DNA from: an uncultured Methanosarcinales archaeon
GTDB lineage: Archaea; Nanobdellota; Nanobdellia; Woesearchaeales; CAZPJY01
Direction: 5' to 3'
DNA: 64,000 nt
Assembly: GCA_964587045.1 (NCBI GenBank)
Contig: CAZPJY010000002.1
Coordinates: 1-64,000 of the forward strand
Below the pieces are notes generated by a model. That model did not search any database. It saw only the letters and a list, made by a program, of their open reading frames with translations, and was not told the origin of the DNA. How positions within the stretch are numbered: the first letter of the stretch is position 1; every line of letters starts with the position of its first letter. Positions 38,056 to 47,586 of this stretch are shown piece by piece. Both the position numbers and the translations under genes were made by a program.

Positions 38056-38795
38056 CTGAACAGCCGCTCCATGTCAGGTATCAGCTTCACCATCTCTTCG
38101 ACGACGAACTCAAGACCCTCATCGGTGCGTATGTCATAGGTCTGGGTGTCGATTACGATCTTTGGGAACTCGCACTCCACGATCCAGGGCCTGTAAAGGT
38201 TATCCAGCTCTTTTAGGTAGGTATTCTCGGGCTTGGCGAGCTCGAATTCCTCGACGCGCTCGCGCTCCAGTATCCTCCTCTTAAGGGTCGGCACGTCGCT
38301 TTCCATGTAGATGATGAGATCGGGTTTGGGCTTGCTCTCCATGTGCAGCTTGAAGAAATAGTTGTACCTCTCCAGGTCCGCCTGCGATATGTAGCCGTGG
38401 TTCCTTGAGTTCTGGGTGAAGAGCTGGTCCTCGTAGATGCTCCTGTCCTGGACCACTGACGCCTCTCCTTTCCTAAGCATCTTATCGATCACCGTTAGGT
38501 CGAGCAGCCTGGTGAAGAAATAGGCCTCCTGCAGCGTGAAGCCCCAGTACTCAGCCTCCTGCTTGGCCTTCTGGAAGGCCTCGAAGTTGGTCTTCTCAAG
38601 CTTTTCCGCCTTAACCTTCTCGTACTCGATGACCGCGTCATAGTACTCCTCCAGGTAGCGGTGCTTCTTTACGTAGTCCACCTGCTCGAGGAAGGCGACG
38701 AGGTTCCCGTCGGTGTGCTCCTCAAGCCTCCTGGCGAGCGTGGTCTTGCCCGCGCCGATGTTGCCTGCCACAGATATGAAATAGTTCTTCATCAT
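38052..38795 (-). CDS. Deoxynucleoside kinase
   Basis: GNIGAGKTT, QDRSIYED, KPDLIIY, RILERER..E, YL..L...Y. Confidence 0.9.
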   Translation of the reverse strand: MMKNYFISVAGNIGAGKTTLARRLEEHTDGNLVAFLEQVDYVKKHRYLEEYYDAVIEYEKVKAEKLEKTNFEAFQKAKQEAEYWGFTLQEAYFFTRLLDLTVIDKMLRKGEASVVQDRSIYEDQLFTQNSRNHGYISQADLERYNYFFKLHMESKPKPDLIIYMESDVPTLKRRILERERVEEFELAKPENTYLKELDNLYRPWIVECEFPKIVIDTQTYDIRTDEGLEFVVEEMVKLIPDMERLFR

Positions 38796-38886
38796 GACCC
38801 CCCGAACAAGATGCTGATTTGGCACAGCTTATTAATATGTGTATCGCGATAGATTTAAATAGAGACTTTCGTTCCATTGACGCTAC

Positions 38887-38961
38887 AGCGGGGTAGGGCA
38901 GTCAGGAGTGCCCGCAGGGCTCATAACCCTGAGGTCGGAAGTTCAAATCTTCCCCCCGCTA
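38887..38961 (+). tRNA. Initiator tRNA-Met(CAT)
   Basis: A1:U72 pair; GGG/CCC anticodon stem around CTCATAA. Confidence 0.95.
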
Positions 38962-38990
38962 CTTTCTCTTTATAATAAAAATATTGGGAA

Positions 38991-39905
38991 TTAATGATAA
39001 AAATTCCCATGCTTTGTCAGAAGTGCGCATATGAACTTGTTGTTGTCCAAGAAGAAGCCACCAAATTGATTATTTATCAGCTCATCGCGAAATCGCTCCC
39101 GGCAAGGCTTTCTGGATTTAAAGGTGAAAATGCGGTCACCTATCTTGACTCGTTTTGTTTTGTTGACTAACCAGGGGACATTCTGCACCTTGAAGCTGCC
39201 TTCAATCATCTCATATTCTTCGTCGAAAGTGATATCCACCTGATCTATCTCGAACCCAAGCTTCTTGGCCCCTCCTGTGAATCCCTCTTTATAATCGCTA
39301 TTCTTGTAGGAGTTGATGAGCCGTCTGATATTCTTCGGTCGCAATTGTGCGGATACATAAAGTTGGTCTTGCGGCCCCATGAATTCATGTACTGGGGTTA
39401 GAATTTCGGTTGGGTCAAAATTGCTGTACGTGGCTCCAAGATAAATGAACCTTGGCGGTTCGCCTGCGAACGACTCAAAGATGGTGTCAAGCGTCCCGAG
39501 ATCTTTGGTGAAGTCACCCAGGTAGTACTGCTGAGGCACATCGTACTCTTTCAGCTGCTCTTGGGTATGCTTTAAGATGATCTCGCTGATATCAATTGCA
39601 GAGTATTGTACATCAATTTCCTTGAAGGCGTCAAGCATTATCTTTGCTTTGTCTCCGGCGCCGGGACCTAAATCAACTATGCGCATGGAAGGGTAATGCG
39701 CAGCCATCGCGAGTATGCGTTTCAGCAGATCTGTCTCAGGTATGATCATCTGCTTCCTGTACTCCTCCTCTTCATGGATTGAGAGATAGGCCTCGGCTTG
39801 CTCCTTGCTTGCATACCAAGTCTTGCTGTCGTCTAGGTGGTGCTCATCACCTATGAGGTACATTGAATCTATAAGCTCTTGCTGCTCCTTTAAATCGGTT
39901 ATCAT
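38991..39905 (-). CDS. SAM-dependent methyltransferase, EgtD-like (Methyltransf_33)
   Basis: VDLGPGAGDKA, YSAIDIS, GDFT, YLGATYSNF. Confidence 0.78.
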   Translation of the reverse strand: MITDLKEQQELIDSMYLIGDEHHLDDSKTWYASKEQAEAYLSIHEEEEYRKQMIIPETDLLKRILAMAAHYPSMRIVDLGPGAGDKAKIMLDAFKEIDVQYSAIDISEIILKHTQEQLKEYDVPQQYYLGDFTKDLGTLDTIFESFAGEPPRFIYLGATYSNFDPTEILTPVHEFMGPQDQLYVSAQLRPKNIRRLINSYKNSDYKEGFTGGAKKLGFEIDQVDITFDEEYEMIEGSFKVQNVPWLVNKTKRVKIGDRIFTFKSRKPCRERFRDELINNQFGGFFLDNNKFICALLTKHGNFYH

Positions 39906-40008
39906 GTTATCACCAAATAGTGGTATTATATTTGATATTATTAATTTTTCTTATAATTTTTTTATAAAAACAAAATATTGATATAGTAATTGTTGCAATT
40001 TAATAATT

Positions 40009-40953
40009 ATGCAATTGGATGCCAAGGACAGGAAAATACTGCAGGCCCTGGACCAGGACGTGAGATCCTCCTTCTCCAAGATTGGAAAATATGCACGCAT
40101 CTCAAAGGAAGTAGCGCAGTACAGGGTCAAACAGCTCCAGAAGAGGGGAATCATCACCAACTTCTGGGCCATTCCGAGGATTGGCACAGGCAACCGCGTC
40201 TACAAATTGCTCTTGAAGAATAGGAGCCTCAGTAGCGATAAAAAAAAGGAATTTATTGATTTCTGTGTTGGCAACAAAGCTGTCTCTTGGTTTGCCCAGA
40301 CTGAAGGCAACTGGGATTTTGTGGTCTCCTCATATGTGCGGGATGACACAACCTTCTCAGAGTTCGCAATTTCGCTACTTGACCGATTTGGGTCTTATTT
40401 TAAGGAAAAGCAAATTGTTAAAGCGACTGGCCTCATCCTTCTCAATGAGAAGTACCTTTATGATACGCCAATCGCCAAGGTAACCGAGGATTCGTTCCTC
40501 AAACCTATCGAGAAAATAGATAGCCGCGACCAGGCGATAATTAGGATGCTTGCGAACAACGCGAGGGCGTCCTTTACTTATATGGCAAAGGAACTTGGTA
40601 TAACGGCTGAGGCTGTTAGGGCTCGGTTTAAAACGATAATGCAGCGGAAATTGATTATTGGCATGAATCCGCGCATCAGCCATGAGAAAATAGGACTTCA
40701 GTATTATCACTTGTTCATCAGCATAAGAAATTATGGAGCGAGGGATACGTTGCTCAAATTCTACCAGCAGCACCCAAAATGTGTTTTCTTAATGAAACAC
40801 ATAGGTTGCTATGACTTACACCTTGAACTGGTGATGAAGCATGATGAAGTCGAATCAGTTATTGACGAGCTTGCTTTACGTTTCGGCTCTGACATAGAGT
40901 CCTATGAGTTGCTGCGGATTCAGAAAGAGCATTTAATGATTGTTACAAGGTGA
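40009..40953 (+). CDS. Tandem (double) Lrp/AsnC regulator
   Basis: LDAKDRKILQALDQDVR and IDSRDQAIIRMLANNAR. Confidence 0.88.
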   Translation: MQLDAKDRKILQALDQDVRSSFSKIGKYARISKEVAQYRVKQLQKRGIITNFWAIPRIGTGNRVYKLLLKNRSLSSDKKKEFIDFCVGNKAVSWFAQTEGNWDFVVSSYVRDDTTFSEFAISLLDRFGSYFKEKQIVKATGLILLNEKYLYDTPIAKVTEDSFLKPIEKIDSRDQAIIRMLANNARASFTYMAKELGITAEAVRARFKTIMQRKLIIGMNPRISHEKIGLQYYHLFISIRNYGARDTLLKFYQQHPKCVFLMKHIGCYDLHLELVMKHDEVESVIDELALRFGSDIESYELLRIQKEHLMIVTR

Positions 40954-41008
40954 GATGTCAGCATTTTGGTAGTAAGTTTAAAACTTCTCCCCGCCAGTAT
41001 TCCTCTTT

Positions 41009-41368
41009 TTATGACCAATGCTCCTGTAACTTTCCTACAATATCGCAGAGCTTCTCACCGGTGTCGAAGTCCAACTTGTCCTGCTTTACGAGCTCCTCCA
41101 GCCTAAACAGCACGCCAGCTGCGTTGATGTATGAATTCTTGTGTCTCTCGATATCCTTTTGGTTCCGCTGCTCGTCCACCTGCTCTGAGATTCCGGCTTC
41201 GATGTAAGATAACCTAAGCTCAATTTGCTTATAGAGGGTTCTCTTCTCCATCTCAACATATTCGAGAAAATCAAGGAAAGGCATCTGCTGGACTTCCCCA
41301 TCAAGTTTTAAGTACTCCGACCTGATGCTTTCTACTGCCTCATGAAGGTAGTATTCGCTCGCTTTCAT
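41009..41368 (-). CDS. Helical hypothetical protein (119 aa) coupled to the LysM gene
   Basis: ATG 41368 (MKASEYYLHEAV) overlaps the upstream stop as ATGA. Confidence 0.6.
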   Translation of the reverse strand: MKASEYYLHEAVESIRSEYLKLDGEVQQMPFLDFLEYVEMEKRTLYKQIELRLSYIEAGISEQVDEQRNQKDIERHKNSYINAAGVLFRLEELVKQDKLDFDTGEKLCDIVGKLQEHWS

Positions 41369-42453
41369 AGGTTCAGCCACACCTTTGCCGAATGGATGGG
41401 ATTGTTGCTCGCGCTCCTTCCCCACTGGTTGGCCTCGTGCCCGTACTCGTAGCCCACTCCGAACTTGCCAAGGTCGGCTCCGATGCCGTAGGTCAGCTTG
41501 AGCATCTCGAAGTCCTTGCCTGCGAAGAACCACTCGCCGAAGCCCACCAGCTTCCAGGGCAGCTTGACCCAGTAGTCCATCTCCCACCTGTCGGGCCCGT
41601 TGTCGTCCTCCTTCCCGCTCACCCAGTAGTAGTTGAACTTCTGGCCGCCTGTTATGCGTATCTTAACCTCATCGTGGCTTACCCCTCCTGAGAAGCCTGC
41701 GGTCCCGAAGCCGTCCAGCGACAGGCTGTTGTCCCGAAAGGATGTGTTCATCGCACCGACGCTCCCTGTGAGGTCAAGATAAAATATGCCTGAGCTGAGC
41801 AGGTTGCGGAACAGCCTGAACTCGCTCCTAGCGACAGCGTTCCTGCCGTGCCTGAACTTGAAGGCCGTCCCAGAGTGTTCCTTGGCCAGGCCCTGCTGGT
41901 ACTTCTTGCCGAACGTGCCCTGCAGGATCAGTTCGGGCATCTTGTGGTCGGGCCCTTCGATCTTGGGGTTGTAAATCAAAGAGAATGTCAGCTTGTCGAT
42001 GGACACGCCTTCCTTCCTGTTATGGTAGGCGTACCACTTGTTCACCTCATTTGCGTGGTCCAGCGCGTAGGGCAAGTTGTTGATCGCCACGATGATACGC
42101 CTCTGGTTTCGGATCACCTCGTCGAACTTGCCGTCGATGCTCTTCAGGAACGGCGCTGGGAACTTCGCTTCCGGCCTTTCCTGTTTTATCTTCTTTTCGA
42201 TGACGCTCGGGAACGGAACGTTGATCGTCTGTCCCTCCTTGATCAGGTGCGGGTCCTCGATGTCAGGATTGTACTCCTTGTAGATGTACTCCCAGTGCAT
42301 CGGGTTGCCGTCGTTTTTCTCTGCAATCTGTGACAGCGTATCCCCCTCCCTTACCTTGTACTTGTAACAGTCCTGTTGCTGCGCCTGGGCCCCGAACGTC
42401 AGCCCGAGGACTCCCAGCCCCACCAGTCCGTATTTTGTGATCCTGTTCATCAT
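41365..42453 (-). CDS. Secreted LysM protein with predicted C-terminal beta-barrel
   Basis: Signal AQA/QQQ; LysM YKVREGDTLSQIA...NPDIEDPHLIKEGQTINVP; series of amphipathic Gly/aromatic strands; SD GAGGTGA. Confidence 0.75.
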   Translation of the reverse strand: MMNRITKYGLVGLGVLGLTFGAQAQQQDCYKYKVREGDTLSQIAEKNDGNPMHWEYIYKEYNPDIEDPHLIKEGQTINVPFPSVIEKKIKQERPEAKFPAPFLKSIDGKFDEVIRNQRRIIVAINNLPYALDHANEVNKWYAYHNRKEGVSIDKLTFSLIYNPKIEGPDHKMPELILQGTFGKKYQQGLAKEHSGTAFKFRHGRNAVARSEFRLFRNLLSSGIFYLDLTGSVGAMNTSFRDNSLSLDGFGTAGFSGGVSHDEVKIRITGGQKFNYYWVSGKEDDNGPDRWEMDYWVKLPWKLVGFGEWFFAGKDFEMLKLTYGIGADLGKFGVGYEYGHEANQWGRSASNNPIHSAKVWLNL

Positions 42454-42531
42454 GATTCACCTCGACGATCGGCTGGAAAACCTGTTATATTTAAGTATAT
42501 GTTTTTAAAGGGAAGAGGCCTTCCACCACTC

Positions 42532-43176
42532 ATGAGACTGCTGGGCATCGACGAGGCAGGGAGGGGGCCGGTCATCGGTCCGCTAGCCATCGCAGGGGTT
42601 GTCGTCGAGGATGAGGCGCCCCTGATCAGGTTGGGCGTCAAGGACTCAAAGCAGCTAACTCCGGAGGAGAGGGAAAAGCTCTTCGACAAGATAATCAAAA
42701 GCAGCATTGACCATTCCATAGCGCTTGTGGTGCCTGAGGAGATAGACGCGTTCCTCAGCTGGTCGAATCTCAACAGGCTCGAGGCGCACACGATGGCTAA
42801 GGTGATAGCGGAGCTGAAGCCTGACAGCATCATCCTCGACCTTCCCGGGAGGGACCCTTCCAAGTACCTCAACTACATGAGGGAGAAGGTATCCCTGCCG
42901 ACGAGCGTGACAGCTGAGAACAAGGCAGACGAGCGCTACCCTGTTGTGAGCGCCGCCTCAATCCTTGCCAAGGTGGCGCGCGACCGCGAGATAGAGAAGC
43001 TGAAAAGTCGGTTCGGCGTGGAGTTCGGAAGCGGCTACCCAGCAGACCCCATGACCAAGGCCTTCCTAAAAGAGAGGTGGGACGACCCCAAGCTTCGGTC
43101 CCTGTTCAGGACCAGCTGGGAGCCGTGGAAGGAGCTCAAGCGCAGCTCGTCCCAGTCCAGCCTCGACTCATGGTAA
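42532..43176 (+). CDS. rnhB: Ribonuclease HII
   Basis: GIDEAGRGPVIGP, DSKQL, KAD..YPVVSAASILAKV.RD, GSGYP.DP.T; PIP-like QSSLDSW. Confidence 0.95.
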   Translation: MRLLGIDEAGRGPVIGPLAIAGVVVEDEAPLIRLGVKDSKQLTPEEREKLFDKIIKSSIDHSIALVVPEEIDAFLSWSNLNRLEAHTMAKVIAELKPDSIILDLPGRDPSKYLNYMREKVSLPTSVTAENKADERYPVVSAASILAKVARDREIEKLKSRFGVEFGSGYPADPMTKAFLKERWDDPKLRSLFRTSWEPWKELKRSSSQSSLDSW

Positions 43177-43210
43177 TGTTTTTATATCAGATGAATAGAG
43201 CTTGATTCCC

Positions 43211-44044
43211 ATGACTTCATACAAGGACGTGTCGGAAAAGGATCTGAGACCCCTGCTAAGCCAGGGATTCTACCTCGATGAGGCCAAGACCCCGCAGGAG
43301 GTCATACGCCTGAAAGGGCCAGCGACCCTGATACTCTACCAGAACGGGAGGCTGCTGGTCCAGGGGAACCCAGTGCTGCTCAAGGCTGTGGAGGGCCAGC
43401 TCGAGGAGCTGGGGCTTGAGCCTGCCGAAAAAGAATCTGCGGAGAAGAGGTACATGGACAAGAAAGGGATCATCATAGGAAGCGACGAATCCCTGAAGGG
43501 AGACACTTTCGGCGGGCTCGTTGTTGCCGCGGTCAAGTGCGACGACAACACCAGGCTTGAGCTGATGCAGAACGGTGTGACCGACTCAAAGCGAATCGCC
43601 GACGAGCGGATTCCCGACCTGGCAAGGATAATCAAGAAGAGGTGCAGGTACCATATCCGGGACCTGCCTCCTGAAGAGTACAACAAGCACAACATGACCA
43701 TCCTCCTCAACAGGCTTCACAGCGAATGCGTAAACGCCCTGCTGCCCGCTGACAAGATAGTCATAGACAAGTACCCAGGATGCGACCTGCCTGCTACCCT
43801 GTTGCCCAGGGCGGAGCTGGAGTACGTCGAAGTGGCCGCAGCATCCATACTCGCAAGGGAAGCAGCCATAGCCCAGTTCGAGCGGATGTCCGAGGAGCTC
43901 GGGTTCGAAGTGCCCAAGGGCAGCTCCCACGTCGAAGACGCGCTCAGGAGGCTTATCGAGAAGAGGGCCCCCTTCAACAGGTTCGTGAAGATGCATTTCA
44001 TGAACGTGAAGGAGGCCATACGGCGCTACGGAGAGGAAGCATAA
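43211..44044 (+). CDS. rnhC: Ribonuclease HIII
   Basis: N-terminal TBP-like (ILYQNGRLLVQG); IGSDESLKGDTFGGLVV, DSK, AE...VAAASILAR, PKG, KMHF. Confidence 0.82.
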   Translation: MTSYKDVSEKDLRPLLSQGFYLDEAKTPQEVIRLKGPATLILYQNGRLLVQGNPVLLKAVEGQLEELGLEPAEKESAEKRYMDKKGIIIGSDESLKGDTFGGLVVAAVKCDDNTRLELMQNGVTDSKRIADERIPDLARIIKKRCRYHIRDLPPEEYNKHNMTILLNRLHSECVNALLPADKIVIDKYPGCDLPATLLPRAELEYVEVAAASILAREAAIAQFERMSEELGFEVPKGSSHVEDALRRLIEKRAPFNRFVKMHFMNVKEAIRRYGEEA

Positions 44045-44084
44045 ATTTTATATAGTGAAAACCCGCGCCGTAGAGATGTCGAGA

Positions 44085-47000
44085 ATGACTAAGATTAGCA
44101 GGTTGATGATGCGTGGGTTCAAGTCGTTTGCCCACAAAACAGAGATACAGTTCGGCGACGAGTTCAACTGCGTCCTAGGACCGAACGGGTCGGGGAAGTC
44201 CAATGTCCTCGATGCCGTGTGCTTCGTGCTGGGCAAGGGTTCTGCGAAAGGGCTTAGGGTCGAGCGCGCCTCCAACCTTCTCTACAACGGCGGAAAGACC
44301 AAGAAGGCTGCAAAGGAGGGAGAGGTATCCATATTCTTCAACAACTCCGACGGGACCTTCCCGACCGAGGACAAGGAGGTGAAGGTCACGCGCATCATCA
44401 AGGCCAGCGGGCAGAGCACCTACAAGATAAACGACAAGACCCGCACCAGGCAGCAGATACTGGACCTGCTCTCAGTGGCCAGGGTCAATCCCGACGGGTA
44501 CAACATCGTGCTCCAGGGCGACATCATAAGGCTGGTTGAGATGTCACCTGCTGAGAGGCTCAAGATAATCGAGGAGATTTCAGGTATCGGCATCTATGAG
44601 GACAAAAAGCACAAGGCCGAGCTTGAGCTGGCCAAGGTCGAAGAGAGGCTCAAGGAGGCCGAGATCGTTCTGACAGAGAGGGACACCTTCCTAAAAGAGC
44701 TCAGACGGGAGCGAAACCAGGCCCTCAAGTACAAGGAGCTCAAGGAGAAGATAAAGGACAACAAAGCGACCCACCTGAACAACCAGATGGAGGTCAAGCG
44801 CGGGGAGCTGGCCAAGGTCCAAAAGCAGATAGACGACGCCGAGTCCAAGTCCAAGAAGATCGACGACGAGGTCGCAAAGCTCAGGAATGGTATCAAGGAG
44901 AACAAGGACCGCATAGAGGAGATCAACCGCGAGGTCGAGGAGAAGGGCGAAAAGGAACAGGTCGAGATTCACAAGGAAGTGGAGGCCCTCAAGGTCAAGA
45001 TAGCGACCGACGCGAACAGGATGAAAAGCCTGGAAGGAGAGCTGGCCAAGGTCAAGCAGAGGAGGGAGCAGCTCAACCAGAACTTCAAGGAACTTGAAGA
45101 CAAGATATCCATACAGACCAAGGAAAAGGAAGCCTTCGTAAAGCGGAAACAGCAGAAGGAAAAGGAGATAGCGCTCCTGAAGGGCAAGATAGAGCAGTTC
45201 AAGAAGAAGCACAAGCTGGACTACCAGGTCGAGGAGGTCGACAAGCAGGTCGAGGAGCTTGACAAGGAATCAGATGTCAAGCAAAAGGAGATACAGGAGC
45301 AGAGGGAGCAGCAGCAGGAGCTGCTCCGGGAAAAGGACCGCCTCGAGTACCAGATCAAGAGCGCGGATGAGAAGATCGAGAAGGTCCTGTCCGTGGCAAA
45401 GGAGCACAAGAAGGAGCTCGAGGACCTCAAGGGCAGGAAGGCCAGGTTCAAGACCATAACGCTCGACCTCTCCAAGAGGCTCAACGAGGACTCAAGCCTC
45501 GCAAGCCAGCTCGCCACAGCAAAGGGCAAGCTGGTCGGGCTCGAGGAGGAGCATGCCAAGCTGAGGGCGCGCGACATCGGAATCAAAGAGAGCATTGCAG
45601 GCGGCACCGCTGTCCAGAAGATTGTCGAGAACAAGTCGAGGTTCAAGGGCGTGCACGGCACCATATCGGACCTGGGCGAGGTCCAGGCCAAGTATTCCAT
45701 GGCCCTCGAGGTGGCGGCCGGCCCGAGGCTCAAGTCATTAGTCGTGGACACCGACGCAACCGCCGCTTCGTGCATCAAGTACCTGAAAGACAACAAGCTG
45801 GGCGTGGCGACCTTCCTCCCTCTCAACAAGATAAAGAGCCCGGACATCCCGGCAGAGGCCAAGAAGACAGCCAAGGCCCAGGGTGCGCACGGCCTGGCCA
45901 TAGACCTGGTCAAGTACGATCCGCAGTTCAAGAAGGCGTTCCTGTACGTGTTCGGCAGCACCATCGTGGTGGATGACATCCAGGTCGCCAGGAGGATCGG
46001 TGTCGGCAGGATAAGGATGGTCACGCTCGACGGCGACCTGGTCGAGCTGTCAGGCGCGATGGTGGGCGGCTTTAGGGCGCGCAAGAAGGAGGGCTCAGGC
46101 TTCCAGGTCAAGGAGGTAGCAAACGAGCTTGAGGCGCTCGAGAAGAAGATAAGCGATATAAGGGGAGTGGTCAAGCGCCTGGAGGGCGACAAGAGTGACA
46201 ACGAGGAGATGATCAACAAGCTGCGCGAGCAGAAGGCCAATCTGGAAGGGGAGATCATACGTATCGAGAAGGGACTGCACCTGGAGTCTGACGACCTCGA
46301 GATTAACCGCAAGCTAAAGAAGGAGTTCGATGAGAATCTCGAATCGGTTGAGAAGAAGCTGAGGGAGATCCAGGCCAAGGTAACTGCGTCGAACTCTGAG
46401 CTGGCCAAGCTCAAGATACGGAGGGGTGAGCTTCGCCAAAAGATCACCGAGCTGAGGAACCCGCGCCTCGTCGCAGAGCTCACGACTTTCGAGCAGAAAA
46501 TCAGCGAGCTGAAAGAGGACATAATCAAGATAGACGCTGAGATGAAGGGCATCGACACGAGGATAGAGAACATATTCGCCCCGGAAAAGGAGAACAACGA
46601 GCGCATACTTAAGCAGCTCGACAAGGAGGAGGAGGACTTCAGGAAGGAGTTCGCAGCCCTCGAGGAGAGTGCCAAGTCCGACAAAGCAGACCTAAAGGAG
46701 AAGGAAAAGAAGGAGAAGGCCTTCTACGAGCAGTTCAAGGAGCTGTTTACCAGGAGGAACAAGCTGTCCACCCAGCTCCAGCAGCTGGAGGCGAAGATGG
46801 CGGCCAAGTCCGAGGAGCAGAAGAGCTACGAGATAAGCAGCAGGTCGGTAGCAATCGAACGAGCCCGCCTTGCGGCCGAGTTGGCGGCATTCGAGGAGGA
46901 GTTCAAACAGTACGAAAGCGCTACCATTTTGAAAGACAAGCCTGAGGAGGTCCTCAAGCGCGAGATAAGCCAGTTCGAGAGGCTTGTCGAGAACCTTGGC

Positions 47001-47585
47001 GCGGTCAACATGAAGGCGCTCGAGATTTACGAAAAGGCGCAGGAGGAGTACAAGACCCTGCTCGGAAAGAAGGAGACCCTTGGCAAGGAGAAGGAGGACG
47101 TACTGGTCATGATGAATGAGATCGAGAGCAAGAAAAAGGAGCTCTTCATGCGCACGTTCAACGTGCTAAAGGACAACTTCATGACCATATTCAGCCAGCT
47201 GACAGTTAAGGGCAACGCCGAGCTTGTGCTCGAGAACGAGGAGTCTCCCTTCGACGGTGGGCTCCGCATCAGGGTTAGGATAACCGGCAAGAAGTACCTT
47301 GACATAAGGAGCCTTTCTGGAGGCGAGAAGACCCTCACCGCCCTCGCGTTCATGTTCGCGGTGCAGGAGCACGACCCAGCGCCGTTCTACTTCCTCGATG
47401 AGGTTGATGCGGCGCTGGACAAGAGGAACTCTGAGAAGCTGGCGCATTACGTCAGGCAATACTCCAAGAAGGCGCAGTATTTCGTGATATCGCACAACGA
47501 CGCGGTGATATCCGAGGCAGACAACCTCTATGGGGTTTCTATGGATGAGCACACCATTAGCAAAGTGGTGAGCCTGAAGATCTAA
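44085..47585 (+). CDS. smc: Chromosome segregation protein SMC
   Basis: GFKSFA, GPNGSGKSN, VLQGD, coiled coils, hinge (G.ATFLPL, VTLDG..GAMVGG), LSGGEK, LDEVDAALD. Confidence 0.96.
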   Translation: MTKISRLMMRGFKSFAHKTEIQFGDEFNCVLGPNGSGKSNVLDAVCFVLGKGSAKGLRVERASNLLYNGGKTKKAAKEGEVSIFFNNSDGTFPTEDKEVKVTRIIKASGQSTYKINDKTRTRQQILDLLSVARVNPDGYNIVLQGDIIRLVEMSPAERLKIIEEISGIGIYEDKKHKAELELAKVEERLKEAEIVLTERDTFLKELRRERNQALKYKELKEKIKDNKATHLNNQMEVKRGELAKVQKQIDDAESKSKKIDDEVAKLRNGIKENKDRIEEINREVEEKGEKEQVEIHKEVEALKVKIATDANRMKSLEGELAKVKQRREQLNQNFKELEDKISIQTKEKEAFVKRKQQKEKEIALLKGKIEQFKKKHKLDYQVEEVDKQVEELDKESDVKQKEIQEQREQQQELLREKDRLEYQIKSADEKIEKVLSVAKEHKKELEDLKGRKARFKTITLDLSKRLNEDSSLASQLATAKGKLVGLEEEHAKLRARDIGIKESIAGGTAVQKIVENKSRFKGVHGTISDLGEVQAKYSMALEVAAGPRLKSLVVDTDATAASCIKYLKDNKLGVATFLPLNKIKSPDIPAEAKKTAKAQGAHGLAIDLVKYDPQFKKAFLYVFGSTIVVDDIQVARRIGVGRIRMVTLDGDLVELSGAMVGGFRARKKEGSGFQVKEVANELEALEKKISDIRGVVKRLEGDKSDNEEMINKLREQKANLEGEIIRIEKGLHLESDDLEINRKLKKEFDENLESVEKKLREIQAKVTASNSELAKLKIRRGELRQKITELRNPRLVAELTTFEQKISELKEDIIKIDAEMKGIDTRIENIFAPEKENNERILKQLDKEEEDFRKEFAALEESAKSDKADLKEKEKKEKAFYEQFKELFTRRNKLSTQLQQLEAKMAAKSEEQKSYEISSRSVAIERARLAAELAAFEEEFKQYESATILKDKPEEVLKREISQFERLVENLGAVNMKALEIYEKAQEEYKTLLGKKETLGKEKEDVLVMMNEIESKKKELFMRTFNVLKDNFMTIFSQLTVKGNAELVLENEESPFDGGLRIRVRITGKKYLDIRSLSGGEKTLTALAFMFAVQEHDPAPFYFLDEVDAALDKRNSEKLAHYVRQYSKKAQYFVISHNDAVISEADNLYGVSMDEHTISKVVSLKI

Positions 47586-47586
47586 A

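Larger units (their letters stand above)
38962..40996. mobile_element. Putative decayed islet integrated at the tRNA-iMet 3' end (no integrase)
   Basis: 38937-38961 matches 40972-40996 at 20/25 positions; AT-richer content. Confidence 0.45.

Noticed and set aside
41369..41587. N-terminal 73 aa of the 192-aa ORF
   Set aside because: Out-of-frame overlap with the LysM-barrel gene; start reassigned to 41368.
45221..46684. 487-aa Ser/Leu-rich minus-strand ORF
   Set aside because: Antisense mirror of the Glu/Lys-rich SMC coiled coil.
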